DNA of 63,618 bases, filler included, from Octopus bimaculoides (GCF_001194135.2; 3 parts of 3 records of this genome joined end to end with filler, not necessarily neighbours in it), one strand, 5' to 3'; positions 41,055-53,129 are shown, numbered from the whole stretch's first letter. Translations and numbers: made by a program. Notes: generated by a model not told the origin, from the letters alone.

Positions 41055-41499
41055 TGCAATCATCATTTGTCTGTATGTAGATCGGCTTAAGTTAGCTGTC
41101 ACTCGCAGACTAATACGACTAGGTACAATGCAGCAAACTTCTGCTCGTTGTTTTTGGTACCCATTTGATACATCAGCACATCATCGGCCCTTCCACCCTT
41201 CATGTTGACGATAAGTTAGCAGGATGAAGCAGGAAATTAAAAGCTGCTCCATCACTAAGTTGATACTCTTTTATTTTTATTTTTGTGTAGACTTGAGCAA
41301 TATGAAATTATATACCTCTTTTAAGGGCACAATGATTCAACAGGTCAATGAACCGTGTAGCCTTAACACGATTAAATGCCCAACATACAATCCATTCGAA
41401 AGGCTTCGAAACACTTTCTGTCTACGCAATTTCTATTTCTGGTCATGGGACAGACAACTCGACACTACAGAAAATGCCACATGCGCAAGATTCCACCTA

Positions 41500-41625
41500 C
41501 TGGTACTCAATCTTGCTGAATAGATAAGTGCAGCATGAAATGAAATGTTTTAATAAAGGTCGTAATGCACCGCTCAGTCCAAGAATCGTACTCGCGATCT
41601 CATGCCTGACAAGCAAAACACAAGG
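41500..41625 (-). mobile_element. SINE family B, degenerate head and CORE
   Basis: gctgaatagataagtgcagcatgaaatgaaatgttt...aagaatcgtactcgcgatct parallels 26115-26215. Confidence 0.45.
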
Positions 41626-42099
41626 CCGTTCACCTTCATTGTTCATTTTACTTATATGTATACAACTATATAGGAAGATATGCAAACATGTCAAAAGCAT
41701 TCACTGTTTTCTCTTTTTTGCTGTTTTGTTTTGCTTTTGTTTTTGTTGAAACTATACGTTTCAAAACAGAGCAAACAATCGACTCTATAAAAGCGTTGAC
41801 ATACAAACAAGATACTTGATATCGCAGTGACATGTGCACTGTTAGAGAAACGGGTTTATATCTCAGCAAACGCTTTCAGTCAACACGTATTTGTGCAGCA
41901 GACGAACACTGATAACACGTATGAGATTAGTGGCCTAGAAAGAAAATTCTAAATGGGCACTCACCTTGCTGGAAATAGTAACTAAGTCATTTGAAATTAC
42001 AATATATTACCGTGAAAATCAATGGCCCATATTTTTAGGTATCTGTGATGTTTATATTATATAATAAATAAATACATATATACTTAAGCATGTATATAC

Positions 42100-42174
<75 letters not shown>

Positions 42175-42615
42175 GTATGTATAAATGTTAATTTCCAATT
42201 TTGGCACCAGGCCAGCAATTTTGTGGGAGGAGATAAGTCTATATATATATATATATACATATATATATACATACAAATTATTGTTTGAATGGGCCCCGTG
42301 AAACTCAGTATTGTTTCGTGGACCTTTTCCTTTCCAGGTGATTTCGCATGCTTTCAACGAATGTGATATCGAAATCACGTGTAAACGGCTCCTTTCCCCT
42401 CAGAAAACGAAAGGTTTGGCTGCTTTTTCTTGCATGCCCTGCTACCACGTAACAGGTATGTCGCATTCCTTTATCGCAAATAGGTGTTAGGTAGTAGCAG
42501 GGTGTGCTAGAAATAGCAGCCAAATCTATGAAGGTGAGATAATGTTGAATGCACTCGAAAAAAACCTATAGGAAATCTATTTCACACCGACGTTTCGAAG
42601 TTAATGATATATATA

Positions 42616-42878
42616 TGTGTTCATTTATGTATGTATGTATGTATGTATGTATGTATGCATGTATGTATGTATGTATGCATGTATGTGTGCATGTATGTGT
42701 GTGTGCATGTATGCACGTACGAATGCAGATGTGTAGATGCGTATTCATGTATATACGCATATACGCATGTATGTATGTATGTACGTATGTATGTATGCAT
42801 GTATGTATGTATGTATCCATGTATGTGAGCATTTATGTATGTGTGTAGACATGTCTGCGAGTGTGTACATGTGTATGT
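42616..42878. repeat. Degenerate (ATGT)n array
   Basis: Read directly. Confidence 0.9.
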
Positions 42879-42881
42879 GAA

Positions 42882-43200
42882 GGCGCGTGGCTTAGTGGTT
42901 AGGGCATTCGGCTCACGACCGTAAGGTTTTGAGTTTGATTCCCGGCGACGCGTTGTGTCCTTGAGCAAGACACTTTATTTCACGTTGCTCCAGTCCACTC
43001 AGCTGTCAAAAATGAGTAGTACCTGTATTTCAAAGGGCCGGCCTTGTCACGCTATGTGTCACGCTGAATCTCCCTGAGAACTACGTTAGGGGCACACGTG
43101 TCTATGGATTGCTCAGTCACTTGCACGTTAATTTCACGAGCAAGCTGTTCCGTTAATCGTATCAGCAGGTACCTTCGTCGTCGTAACCGACGGAGTGCTC
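42882..43200 (+). mobile_element. tRNA-derived SINE family B, near full length (tail type 1)
   Basis: A-box TGGCTTAGTGG, B-box GAGTTTGATTCCC, CORE-like centre, colinear with 21974-22265. Confidence 0.9.
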
Positions 43201-43294
43201 CCTTATATGTGTATGTATATGTAAACGTATGTTTATGTACTGATGTCTGTGTCTGTACAAGTTGTATGTATGACTGTTACTCTATCGAAGATTG

Positions 43295-43357
<63 letters not shown>

Positions 43358-43367
<10 letters not shown>

Positions 43368-43402
43368 ACTTGGGGATGGTCATATTGCCAGTTTAGCCAA
43401 TA
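43358..43402 (+). repeat. 45-bp exact direct repeat, copy 1 (copy 2 at 44796-44840)
   Basis: atgttgttgtacttggggatggtcatattgccagtttagccaata is identical at both sites. Confidence 0.9.
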
Positions 43403-44038
43403 TATATATATATTGCAAAAAAAAAATCGTATTTTTTCGTTGTCAAATCAGTCTAATCGAAAGGCTAGAGTTTCTTCTCTTTCAGGATGGAGTTAAATTT
43501 TCCCATTTTCACATTATGCACCGTTTTGGGTATGTGTACCCCAAATCCCGAATATCTCAATAACTACTCCTCCAATTTACGTGACACATGTTTCATTCCG
43601 TTCCTATTAACATTTCAGGGTAAACTTAATCCATAGTCTGTTGTGTCTGGGGAGAGTCATTTTCTTATTGTGCCTTGAAATTTAACACACTCACCGTTAA
43701 AATTTCCACTTATTTCTTATTTTTATTTTCCTAAAACTTTCGTTGCGTCTTGCAGTCTTATCAATGGTCTTGACTGTCCGTTATTTACGCTGCGTTCAGT
43801 ATTTTTCCATTATGCGTCAGTTTACCTGGGTAACATTGCAAGCAAGCAAGTTAGATTGAAATTGACCTTAATGTATTATAGATATATGTAATGTACTGTA
43901 CCGTGATAGAAAATTCAACAAAAAAATATTCCATCTGATGAGAGATAAATATGTATTTATAGGACACAATGCATATTATTAAGTGCTACTAATGATTTAT
44001 ATACATAATCAAAATAAGCAACAGGATGTCCAGAGGTG

Positions 44039-44126
44039 ATGCTGTACGACCGTTTCAAGCGGTTCCATTTAATTGAACAGTGCAATCATTACATCAGTTT
44101 AAATGTAGGACTATCCTCAGCTGCAT
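44039..44126 (-). ncRNA. Type I hammerhead ribozyme (family 1), one stem I mismatch
   Basis: Minus strand: ATGCAG-CTGAGGA-stem II-GAAA-CGGTCG-TA-CAGCAT. Confidence 0.65.
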
Positions 44127-44515
44127 AAATAAATAAATAGAAATTTTTAATCAGTCGGACATATTTGTATAATTTTATTTAGATCCTCAAATAGTGTAAG
44201 AAGACAGACATTGTCCATGCTGTTGTCGCTTCAGCTTGGAAGTTTCTATGACATCAGGAAAAAAAATTGTTTGGGTCATAGCTTGTCACTGATTTTGGTT
44301 CAGTTTTAATTTATTAGACTTGTTTATCAAATTTTTGTTTATCAAATCTAAGAGTAGAGAATAGTGTCTGTTAGGAAAGGGCATGAGGGAGCTGACAGAA
44401 TCATAGTCGGTATAGTCATAAAACTTGAAAAGATCATTTTGAAGCAGTATTAGAGGATTTAAGTAAAATTATACAAATGTGTCCGACTGATTAAAGAAAT
44501 TCTATTTATTTACTT

Positions 44516-44603
44516 ATGCAGCTGAGGATAGCCCTGCATTTAAATTGATGTAATGATTGCATTGTTCAATTAAATGGAGCCGCTTGAAACGGTCGTACTG
44601 CAT
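44516..44603 (+). ncRNA. Type I hammerhead ribozyme (family 1), intact core
   Basis: Stem I ATGCAG/CTGCAT (6 bp). CTGAGGA at 44522-44528, 57-nt stem II, GAAA at 44586-44589, GUA at 44595-44597. Confidence 0.75.
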
Positions 44604-44971
44604 CACCTCTGGACATCCTGTTGCTAATTTTGATTTTATTCACCGTATTTCGAAGATGTATGGATAATACAGCACTAACTTTTGGTGCTTCAACTTAAGT
44701 ACCTAATTCATCTGAATCTCAATTATTTTGCTTTATATATATATATATATATTTGTTTTGCAAGATTTTTTATGTGAAATCGTGTGTTGAAACAGATGTT
44801 GTTGTACTTGGGGATGGTCATATTGCCAGTTTAGCCAATAAAAACACACGCACTGTATATTTGGTGTTAATNNNNNNNNNNNNNNNNNNNNNNNNNNNNN
44901 NNNNNNNNNNNNNNNTTAATTAATTAANNNNNNNNNNNNNNNNNNNNNNNNNNNNNNNNNNNNNNNNNNNN

Positions 44972-45030
<59 letters not shown>

Positions 45031-45877
45031 TGTATGTATATATATATACATGCATATTGCTTTTGTAGCAATCGATAATTTATAATGAAAAGTATAACAC
45101 CAGTTTCAAAGAAGTTACATTCGATTCAATCAAGTTTAAATCCTGATTCCGATTTCAATTCTGTACCTGAGTATATTATAAATTTTATAACGTATTTTAA
45201 CGCCATTGATCTGTCAGAAAGTAAATTTTATTTAGTAGGTATTCTCGATGTATTACTCAAAGTCTATATTCAATATCTTAAACCATCTCACCGACCTTCA
45301 TCGACTAGTGAGTTTGCCTAGCAACAGGGTGCGTAAATGGCCTGCTAATGGAAAATAAATTCTACAGCTAATTCTTGATGAAATATAATTTCATGTCAAA
45401 GAAAGAGAAAAAAATCAATGTTTTTATCTGATTATATTTTATTTCCTGTTTATATAATAAATGGAAGACTAGAGAAATGTTGATGCAACCACCTTTCCAA
45501 GAAACTCAGAGCTGGCAACTCCAACACAGGTTGCTACGATACTCGGCATTCGCTCTACCTGATATTATATGTTAATTCTTTTTTTGTTATTTCCTTCATC
45601 TCCTTTATTCCGCTCTTCTTATTTCAACAATATTTTAACTTATTTATGAAAGACATTTTTTTTCCTTCTCATTCCATTATTTCCGCACCACAATTACGTT
45701 TCGCATTTTTCTTTCTATATTCTGTCATCCTGTCTTTCATTTCTCCCATTTCTGCGTTTTAAACACGTATTCACTCAGTCGACATTACATGTATTTACAG
45801 GATGTACTTTTTAATTTTGCAATCATCTGATTGTAATATATTTGCCTAGATACCAATTACACATTTCTGCTTGAAAT

Positions 45878-46614
45878 GAGTCCAAACGTAGCATAATTTC
45901 CTTTCTTATATAAAAAAGACAACTACGGAACATAAATAGTCATATCGTACATTAGAGGTTCACAGCTCTCCTTCTCAACTCAGTCACTACCTCTTCCAAT
46001 TGGCTATTATTCCACCTACGAGTAGGGGCGTTTATCCCAGCTTCGTAACCGATTTCTTTCAACAGTCTTCATTTCATCATCATCAACATGTTTGCCTCTC
46101 AGTTCCTTTTTCATTGGACAAAAAAGATGAAAACCTGAGGATGCTGGGTCAGCTGAGTAGGGAAGATTGCTCAGAGTTTAACGCTCAAAAGATTTTTCAA
46201 GTTGGCTCCTTGCTCCCGCGAGTTCTTTTATCTTTGGAAACTTCGCATGATGCCATTTTACTGATTGTTTTTTTTTAATTCTCCTTCATAACAATGAATC
46301 TTAATTTCATCACCAGTTACGAGCCTTTGAAGAAGATTTTGTCTCTTCCACCGACCATAAGGTGTTCCATGTAACAGTTGACATTGTCAGTCCTTGGATC
46401 ATCTGTGCTTTATATCAACCAAGAGGAGATGGAACTCTCAGTGGTGGAGTTATTCGGCACAAAGGAAAAGAACTGGCATCAGCTTGGGAACAGAATCTGG
46501 CAGAACGGTGTCTTCAGACAGTGCCACACGATAGCCTCCAATTCGTTGTAACTTGAATACAGTAATTAAGTTAACAAAACGTTGCAAATCTTTTGGTTCG
46601 CCACTATATATATT
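45878..46614 (-). mobile_element. Internally deleted mariner element (different subfamily from 11110-12075)
   Basis: Minus strand: NLLQRLVTGDEIKIHCYEGELKKKQSVKWHH, then PYSADPASSGFHLFCPMKKELRGKH. A TIR-like end tatagtggcgaaccaaaag lies near 46596-46614. Confidence 0.8.
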
Positions 46615-47361
46615 ATACACGTGTGCGCGTGCGCGTGCATGCGCACGCGTGTGTGTGTGTGTGCTTGTGAGTGTGTGTGTGCTTGTGAGTGTGTGTGTGT
46701 GTATGTTGTCTCCTTTATTCAAGAGAAGTTTCATGTATTGCTCAACAGCCAACGATGATTGAAAGCCATCTGTATATTCGAAGAGATAGTCTGCTCTATC
46801 ATTATGACTGGCGCCGGGTATCGATATGCGGACAACGTTTCGGCTGCTAAATGTTATGTAAAAATAGTTAGGATAAACATTGTAAAGTTAATGCATAACA
46901 GGGACAGTTGCAGCGGAGACTACGAAGCCGTGAGCAGCAGAAAGGGGGCCACAACAGGCGTTCTACCGCTACATCTGAACGCTGTAATCTCTCTAAACAT
47001 CTTTACATTTTGTTCAGATGGTTATGTGAAGCTACTGAAGACTGGGGTCTATCCCTAGCTGGAAAGAGTTACTCCTGGAAGGCCATACGTGTTGCAGAAG
47101 AAATATGTTATATGTATATGTATGTGCGTGTATATATATATAATTGACAACAGTTGCCATTTGTAGAAAAACTTGTGGAACACGACTGTTACTACGTAAA
47201 TTGAGGATTGTGTAACACATGAAAGTACTAGTTTATTTTAATGCTGTAAAATTCTAAAGATAGCAAATAATAAAAAGTGAAAATAGGACTTAGATGGAAT
47301 TTGATTAACGTATTCTTCTATACACAATCATACAAACTCGGATATAGATAGTTAGATAGAT

Positions 47362-47427
<66 letters not shown>

Positions 47428-47773
47428 NNNNNNNNNNNNNNNNNNNNNNNNNNNNNNNNNNNNNNNNNNNNNNNNNNNNNNNNNNNNNNNNNNNNNNNNN
47501 NNNNNNNNNNNNNNNNNNNNNNNNNNNNNNNNNNNNNNNNNNNNNNNNNNNNNNNNNNNNNNNNNNNNNNNNNNNNNNNNNNNNNNNNNNNNNNNNNNNN
47601 NNNNNNNNNNNNNNNNNNNNNNNNNNNNNNNNNNNNNNNNNNNNNNNNNNNNNNNNNNNNNNNNNNNNNNNNNNNNNNNNNNNNNNNNNNNNNNNNNNNN
47701 NNNNNNNNNNNNNNNNNNNNNNNNNNNNNNNNNNNNNNNNNNNNNNNNNNNNNNNNNNNNNNNNNNNNNNNNN

Positions 47774-47824
<51 letters not shown>

Positions 47825-47834
47825 TATACATATA

Positions 47835-47957
47835 CCAAGGGTGTATGAAAAGTCTTGAGCCTAAAAAAAAACAAACATGGTACAAGACTTCTGATGAAGG
47901 TACAAGACGTCAGGGCCTTTGAGCATTAAAGACTCAAACCTTTTCATACACCCCTCG
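47835..47957. mobile_element. Mariner-type MITE (123 bp) with TA target duplication
   Basis: TA|CCAAGGGTGTATGAAAAGTCTTGAGCCT ... AGACTCAAACCTTTTCATACACCCCTCG|TA. ~28-bp imperfect TIRs. Confidence 0.85.
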
Positions 47958-48419
47958 TATATATATTTATAAGGTCATAAGTTTTAAAGTAAATCCTGAC
48001 ACAAAACACAAAAACAACGATAAAAATTATACAGATTATACAGATTAATATAAGCTATATTAAAGCTAGTAAGAGATGATGAAGTACTTAACACTTCATA
48101 CAAGTTTCTTAGGGAGTTATTAGCGAAAGGAGAAAAGATAATATCATAAACCTCTGTGAATTTCATCAGTGCCTCTTTAGAATAGAAACTGAAATTACAA
48201 TATCGAGAAAAACCTGGATTTCAATGTAGAGGTACTCAGGGGAGATAATCTACGAGCAGGAAATAATTCGTTGCACGTGTGTCGGTCGTCTCTATGAGTG
48301 TTTCCTGTGATAAGGTCTCGCTTTTGCAGAGTATGCCTTTGTCTATGAAAGTTTAATGGTTATGTTCCATAATGGCGAGTGTACGCTATTTTAGGCGTAT
48401 GTGTGATTAGTGATTGAGC

Positions 48420-48550
48420 ATAAACCCGTGTGCTGATGTATATGCATATGTTGGTGTGTGTATGTTTGTTTGCGTGTATGTGTATGCATGCGTGTGTGTG
48501 TGTGTGCGTATGTGTGTGTATGTGTGTATGTGTGCGCGTGTGTGTGTGCA

Positions 48551-48598
<48 letters not shown>

Positions 48599-49145
48599 CG
48601 TAAATGGGTATGTAGGATATGTTTTCGATTTGTTCCAGGTGCGTGATCATTCTGTTTGAAGCTTTTCTGCGTGTGAAATTGTTACATGGATGATTATATA
48701 TACAAGGGTCAAAATGTTTTGAAGTTTGTATGAGGGCGCTGATCATTTAGGAGAGTATCCGAACACACCGTTGTGTTTGACTGTATGTATATATGTGTGT
48801 GAGTCTGTGTGTGTGAGGGAGAGAGAGATAGAGAGATAGAGGAAGAGAAAGAAAGAGAAAGAGCGTGTGTCTGTGAGTTTGTGTTCCTGTGCGCGTGAGC
48901 GTATGTGCAAGAGAGAGAGAGAGAGAGAGTGTGTGTGTGTAAGTCTATGTTTATTGGTTTAGAAAGTGCGTATATATATTTGAAACTCTCCTGTGTATGG
49001 TGTCAGATACGTATATGTTTGAGGGTGCGCGGAATGTGTTTGTGTGTCGTATATTCCTATTGTTGTTGTTGTTGTTGTTGTTGTTGTGTGTGTGTGTGTG
49101 TGCGTGTGAGCGCGCGCATATGTTTTCGTTTGTGTCTATATGAGT
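48420..49145. repeat. Cluster of degenerate (TG)n, (GA)n and (TTG)n arrays
   Basis: Read directly. Confidence 0.85.
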
Positions 49146-49852
49146 GCCTATATGTATGTGTTGGTATATAAATATATATGCGTGTATAGTTTTTGGTGTG
49201 TTGGTGTGATATTTACACAGCGCCATTCCACTAATTTTACAGCCGATCAATTCGATATATACTTTTCCTTCACCATCTTCAATATTCAATATACGCATCA
49301 CATTTTTTGTTATCAACCACTCCACCATCTCAATCACCAACTCCATCTCCTCTTAAACCACTAACTAGCAAACATCCTCATATCAATTCCTTCCACTTTA
49401 CCGACGCAGGTTGCTTCGTCCACTTCACGTGTGCAACACTGACAATGGCAACAAGTTAGGGATGCTTAAAGTAATACTCCGGTTAAAAAAAAAAAACTGA
49501 TATTGGCAAATATATTATCGAATTCTGTGGGAACATTAGTAAGGATTTCCAGATAAATGAATGGAATTGTTTTATACAAAATCGGATGACTTTATGCTCT
49601 ACCTTTAGAGTTTCTCAGCCTGAAGGTAAAATACTAATTCATGTAAATGACATTAGCGGTAATTCTGTATCTAAGAGAATCTTCTGAAAGAGATATTTGT
49701 GCTAAAAACATAAGGCTTCGCTTACAATTTCAAAGGATTGTCAGAAACTGTGTTTCAGGCTGAAAACTGCATTTAAGTACGCTAATACTTTCGGTGGAAC
49801 TCAGGGAACACAACGGACTCTGTGCTATTCGAAATTTGATCAGTTTCGGTTT

Positions 49853-49896
<44 letters not shown>

Positions 49897-50149
49897 CTAG
49901 GTATATATATATATATGTGTGTGTGTGTCTGTGTGTGCGTGCGTGTGTGTGTGTGCATGTATCACTGTGTGTATGGGTGTTTGTGTGTGTGTGTGGATGT
50001 ATGTGTGTGAGTGAGTGAGTGAGTGTGCGTGCGTGTACGTGTGTGTGCCTGAGTGAGAGTGTGTATGGGAATGTTTGTGACAATATTTATTGTGCCGAAA
50101 ATTGGGTCTGACACGGTTAGGTGATCGTGTGTAGTGACAATCCAAGCCA

Positions 50150-51740
50150 ACAAGCGTCTCTAAATTTAATCTGTCAAGTTATAGAGTGAACAAATTTGTT
50201 TGTCTCTAATCCAGTGTCTGAATACTTGGGGAGTGTATACGCTGGAACATTGTCAGAGAGAAGTCGCGGAATGGAAATTATGAAACAAGCTGAGGTTGGA
50301 TTATCAGCGATTGATAACTCGAAGTTACCAGGTAACTATAAAATGTGGTGCTTGCAGTTCGGCTTGTACCCGCGACTTTCGTGGCCACTTTTAATATACG
50401 AGGTAGCCTTGTCACGAGTTCAAATCATTGAACAAATGTAATGTGTTCATTAGAAAGTGGCTAGGCCTACCTCGGATGTTGAACAGTTCAGCTCTTTATC
50501 GTAAAAGAGGTTCGTTGCAGTTACCACTAGCATCAATAGTCGAAATATACAAACTAAGGAAGATGCTGACGGTGATGATGCTGAGAGAATCGAAGGATAC
50601 GGGAATCAGGCATAACCCACCAGGGGTGAAAACAGCCAGGAAGAGGAAAGCAGAAGCAGAGACTGATGACATCTTGTCTTCTCTTAGACACAGAGATATG
50701 GTGGGTGCAACACAGAAACATCGGAGAGGACTTGGTTTTGGTGCAGATCAGTTCAGACCGTTTGCAGATATGATGCGGAGCGAACGCAGATCTGTTGTCA
50801 GCAACAGCGTCAAAACAAGAGAAGCAGAGAGAATTTCCGTCACCTAGGAATTTCGTAAGATGGAACGTCAAAGAGAATGACATATGCAAATGCGGAAAGG
50901 TCGGAACACTGAAACATATTCTTTCCAACTATTCCTTAGCATTCAATAGGTGTACATGGAGACACAAACTGGTCCTGAAGGTTATCTTCAATGCTATGAA
51001 AAACCAAATTCATCTCAACAATACCGAGAAAAAACCGTTGACAGAACCATCTAGAGATTTTATTACCTTCATGCACTCAGGTCAGCGGACCCGTTTCAAG
51101 AAAAAAGAACAAGAAACTTCCTGTGAGATGAAAAGTGGAGAGGTTATTGGGAAGTGACTGCAGATTTACCTGGATGCCAGGGATTCTTTCCCATACCAGT
51201 TACGGAAAAAACGGACATTTTAATGTGGTGTGAAAGAAGGAAAGCTGTAAATCTAGTCGAGTTAACAGTTCCTCATGAAGATAATATGGACGCCGCGCGG
51301 GCTTGAAAGATTGACCGTTATGTAAACCTCCTCGAGAAATGTGAAGACGCAGGCTGGAAAGCGGAGCATTTTCCAATCGAAGTTGGACGTAGAGGGTTTA
51401 TAGGACACAGTGTGAGACGACTGTTGTTATCGTTAGGCCTAACTTATCGTAAGGTAAATACCACCATAAATGATATCCAAAATACAGTGGAGATGGCTAG
51501 GCACTGGATTTGGTTAAAAAGAGACGATGAGCGATGGCTAGAGAAATATTGAGCTTTGTTTTTAATAACCAGTTGATCTAGCAAGCGGGGCCTCATATCA
51601 GTGAAAGTAGAGGGGGCGGTGCGCATTGATGCCGTCGAGAGGTAGGCCACCAAAACGGCGCGCATTCTCTCCTGATGACCCCATACACTTGCTAACTTCC
51701 TGTATGCGGAGTTCTCGACTGGTAGCACTTGCATGTGCGA
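50150..51740 (+). mobile_element. HERO-like REL-class non-LTR retrotransposon, 5'-truncated, frameshifted, internally deleted
   Basis: KMWCLQFGLYPRLSWPLLIYEV; IRKWLGLP..L.SSALY...LQLPL; HRDMVGATQKHRRGLGFG; CKCGKVGTLKHILS...TWRH zinc-knuckle region; DILMWC...LVELTVPHED...KIDRY...FPIEVGRRGF REL domain; stop at 51550-51552. Confidence 0.85.
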
Positions 51741-52391
51741 GTTGTTTGCAAAACATCATGTAGGCATAGCATTTTGTTCTCCACTAAAACACGATCCCTC
51801 AGCTGTGTCAACAGTAATTTTCGGCAAAAATGTATTGCCATATGACATTAACGCACGAGTCACCAGGCACATTCATTCAACAGTATGAGACATAGCTTAC
51901 GGAACCAAAAATATCGTCACGGGACATAAACACACGGACGTAGTATGGAAATTCTCCTAAGTTTCTAAGCCTAATCACGTGATAATTCTCTGCAGATCAA
52001 ATTGTATCATAAACAGGTACTAATTTAATTAAAACAAGAAAATTTTCGAATTCCACTCGGAAGCAGTACAGTCGTGGTGTAGTCACACATCTTTTTATCT
52101 CACTTAAGTTTTGAATATCAGAAAAATCTGTAAGACATCTAAATGGCTCTCTTCAATTTTAGTTTTAACTGATTTCATACTTGGTGTATTGGAGTATATT
52201 TGCGTGGTAGTGACATCCATCTTTGATTATTCCTTATAACTCGAAACAAAAAAAAGTATCATAGTTATTTCAACGCGCATAATATTAATATTGTTCAGGC
52301 CTGTCAAGAAACATCGCTCCCAATATTATACGCTTCAACCAAATCATTAAAGACCTTTAAAATCTTTGTTATTGGGACACATTTGCAATAT

Positions 52392-52443
52392 CCAAATAGG
52401 AGTACCTGCCCTGTGACAGTACGCCAAATAGGAGTACCTGCCC
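52392..52443 (+). repeat. 20-bp direct repeat with a 12-bp spacer
   Basis: ccaaataggagtacctgccc at 52392-52411 and 52424-52443. Confidence 0.9.
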
Positions 52444-52849
52444 CCTCTTATAGAATTAGAAAAAGAACTACCTTTTATGCCTTGAAGAGTCTTATATAAT
52501 TAAGGAAATGAATGGTTCTATCTTAAACTCGAGAGATGAAAGAGTTTCCTCTTGTAAACATATGTCCACATTTCTTTTCATTAACCTTAAATGGTCTTAT
52601 TGATTACCACTTTGTCGTTTTCTTATTAGTTCTTATTACAGTCTTAGGTTATATGCATGTATGTACCTGAAACGAGACAGTAAGTTAGGCAAGAAAGGAA
52701 GAAAAGAAGGAAAAAAGGAAATTTAGAGTTTAGAATTGGTAGTTAATAAGATGATTTAAACCTGATAAAAATGGAAGAATGTTTTATGTATAATGGGACC
52801 ACAAATCTTGTATTTATACAAGCAGTGTTGACATAAATGCCTATAATCA

Positions 52850-52903
<54 letters not shown>

Positions 52904-53129
52904 ATTTCATTCATATACATAAGTATGTGTACACATGTATATATACACATTTGTACGCATATACACACGGTAGTCGTGTGGTGATTAATATTAAAGGTGT
53001 GCTATATGTATAGGAAAATGATGCTTATATTAATTAGTAAGATATTACATGATTGACAATTAATAAAGGTTATGGGTGGTCTATTAATCTACAGAGAAAG
53101 ATGGTGTTGTTAATGAGAGAGGGCAAAAA

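Larger units (their letters stand above)
44007..44635. repeat. Long inverted repeat: arms 44007-44188 and 44453-44635, 264-bp spacer
   Basis: The reverse complement of the left arm aligns to the right arm at roughly 85-90% by eye. Confidence 0.9.

Noticed and set aside
42882-42955. tRNA genes at SINE heads (also 4820-4891, 26180-26250)
   Set aside because: A/B boxes are present, but there is no complete cloverleaf and they run into SINE bodies.
8250-44730. Retrozyme (tandem hammerhead array making circular RNA)
   Set aside because: No directly repeated, same-strand hammerhead units within a few hundred bases are visible.
47035-47085. CTGAAGA followed by a hairpin and GAAA
   Set aside because: Three extra bases precede GAAA, and there is no NUH triplet or stem I. 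Other CTGAnGA hits (10016, 11103, 15217, 43936, 47891, 51672, 58290) also lack the remaining elements.
52392-52443. CRISPR-like repeat-spacer-repeat
   Set aside because: Only two units, a 12-bp spacer, eukaryotic context and no cas genes.
52670-52730. Strong-looking 3' splice sites (minus strand at ~52670; plus strand at ~39718 and ~58606)
   Set aside because: Downstream frames close quickly or have no donor or recognisable protein. They cannot be supported without RNA data.
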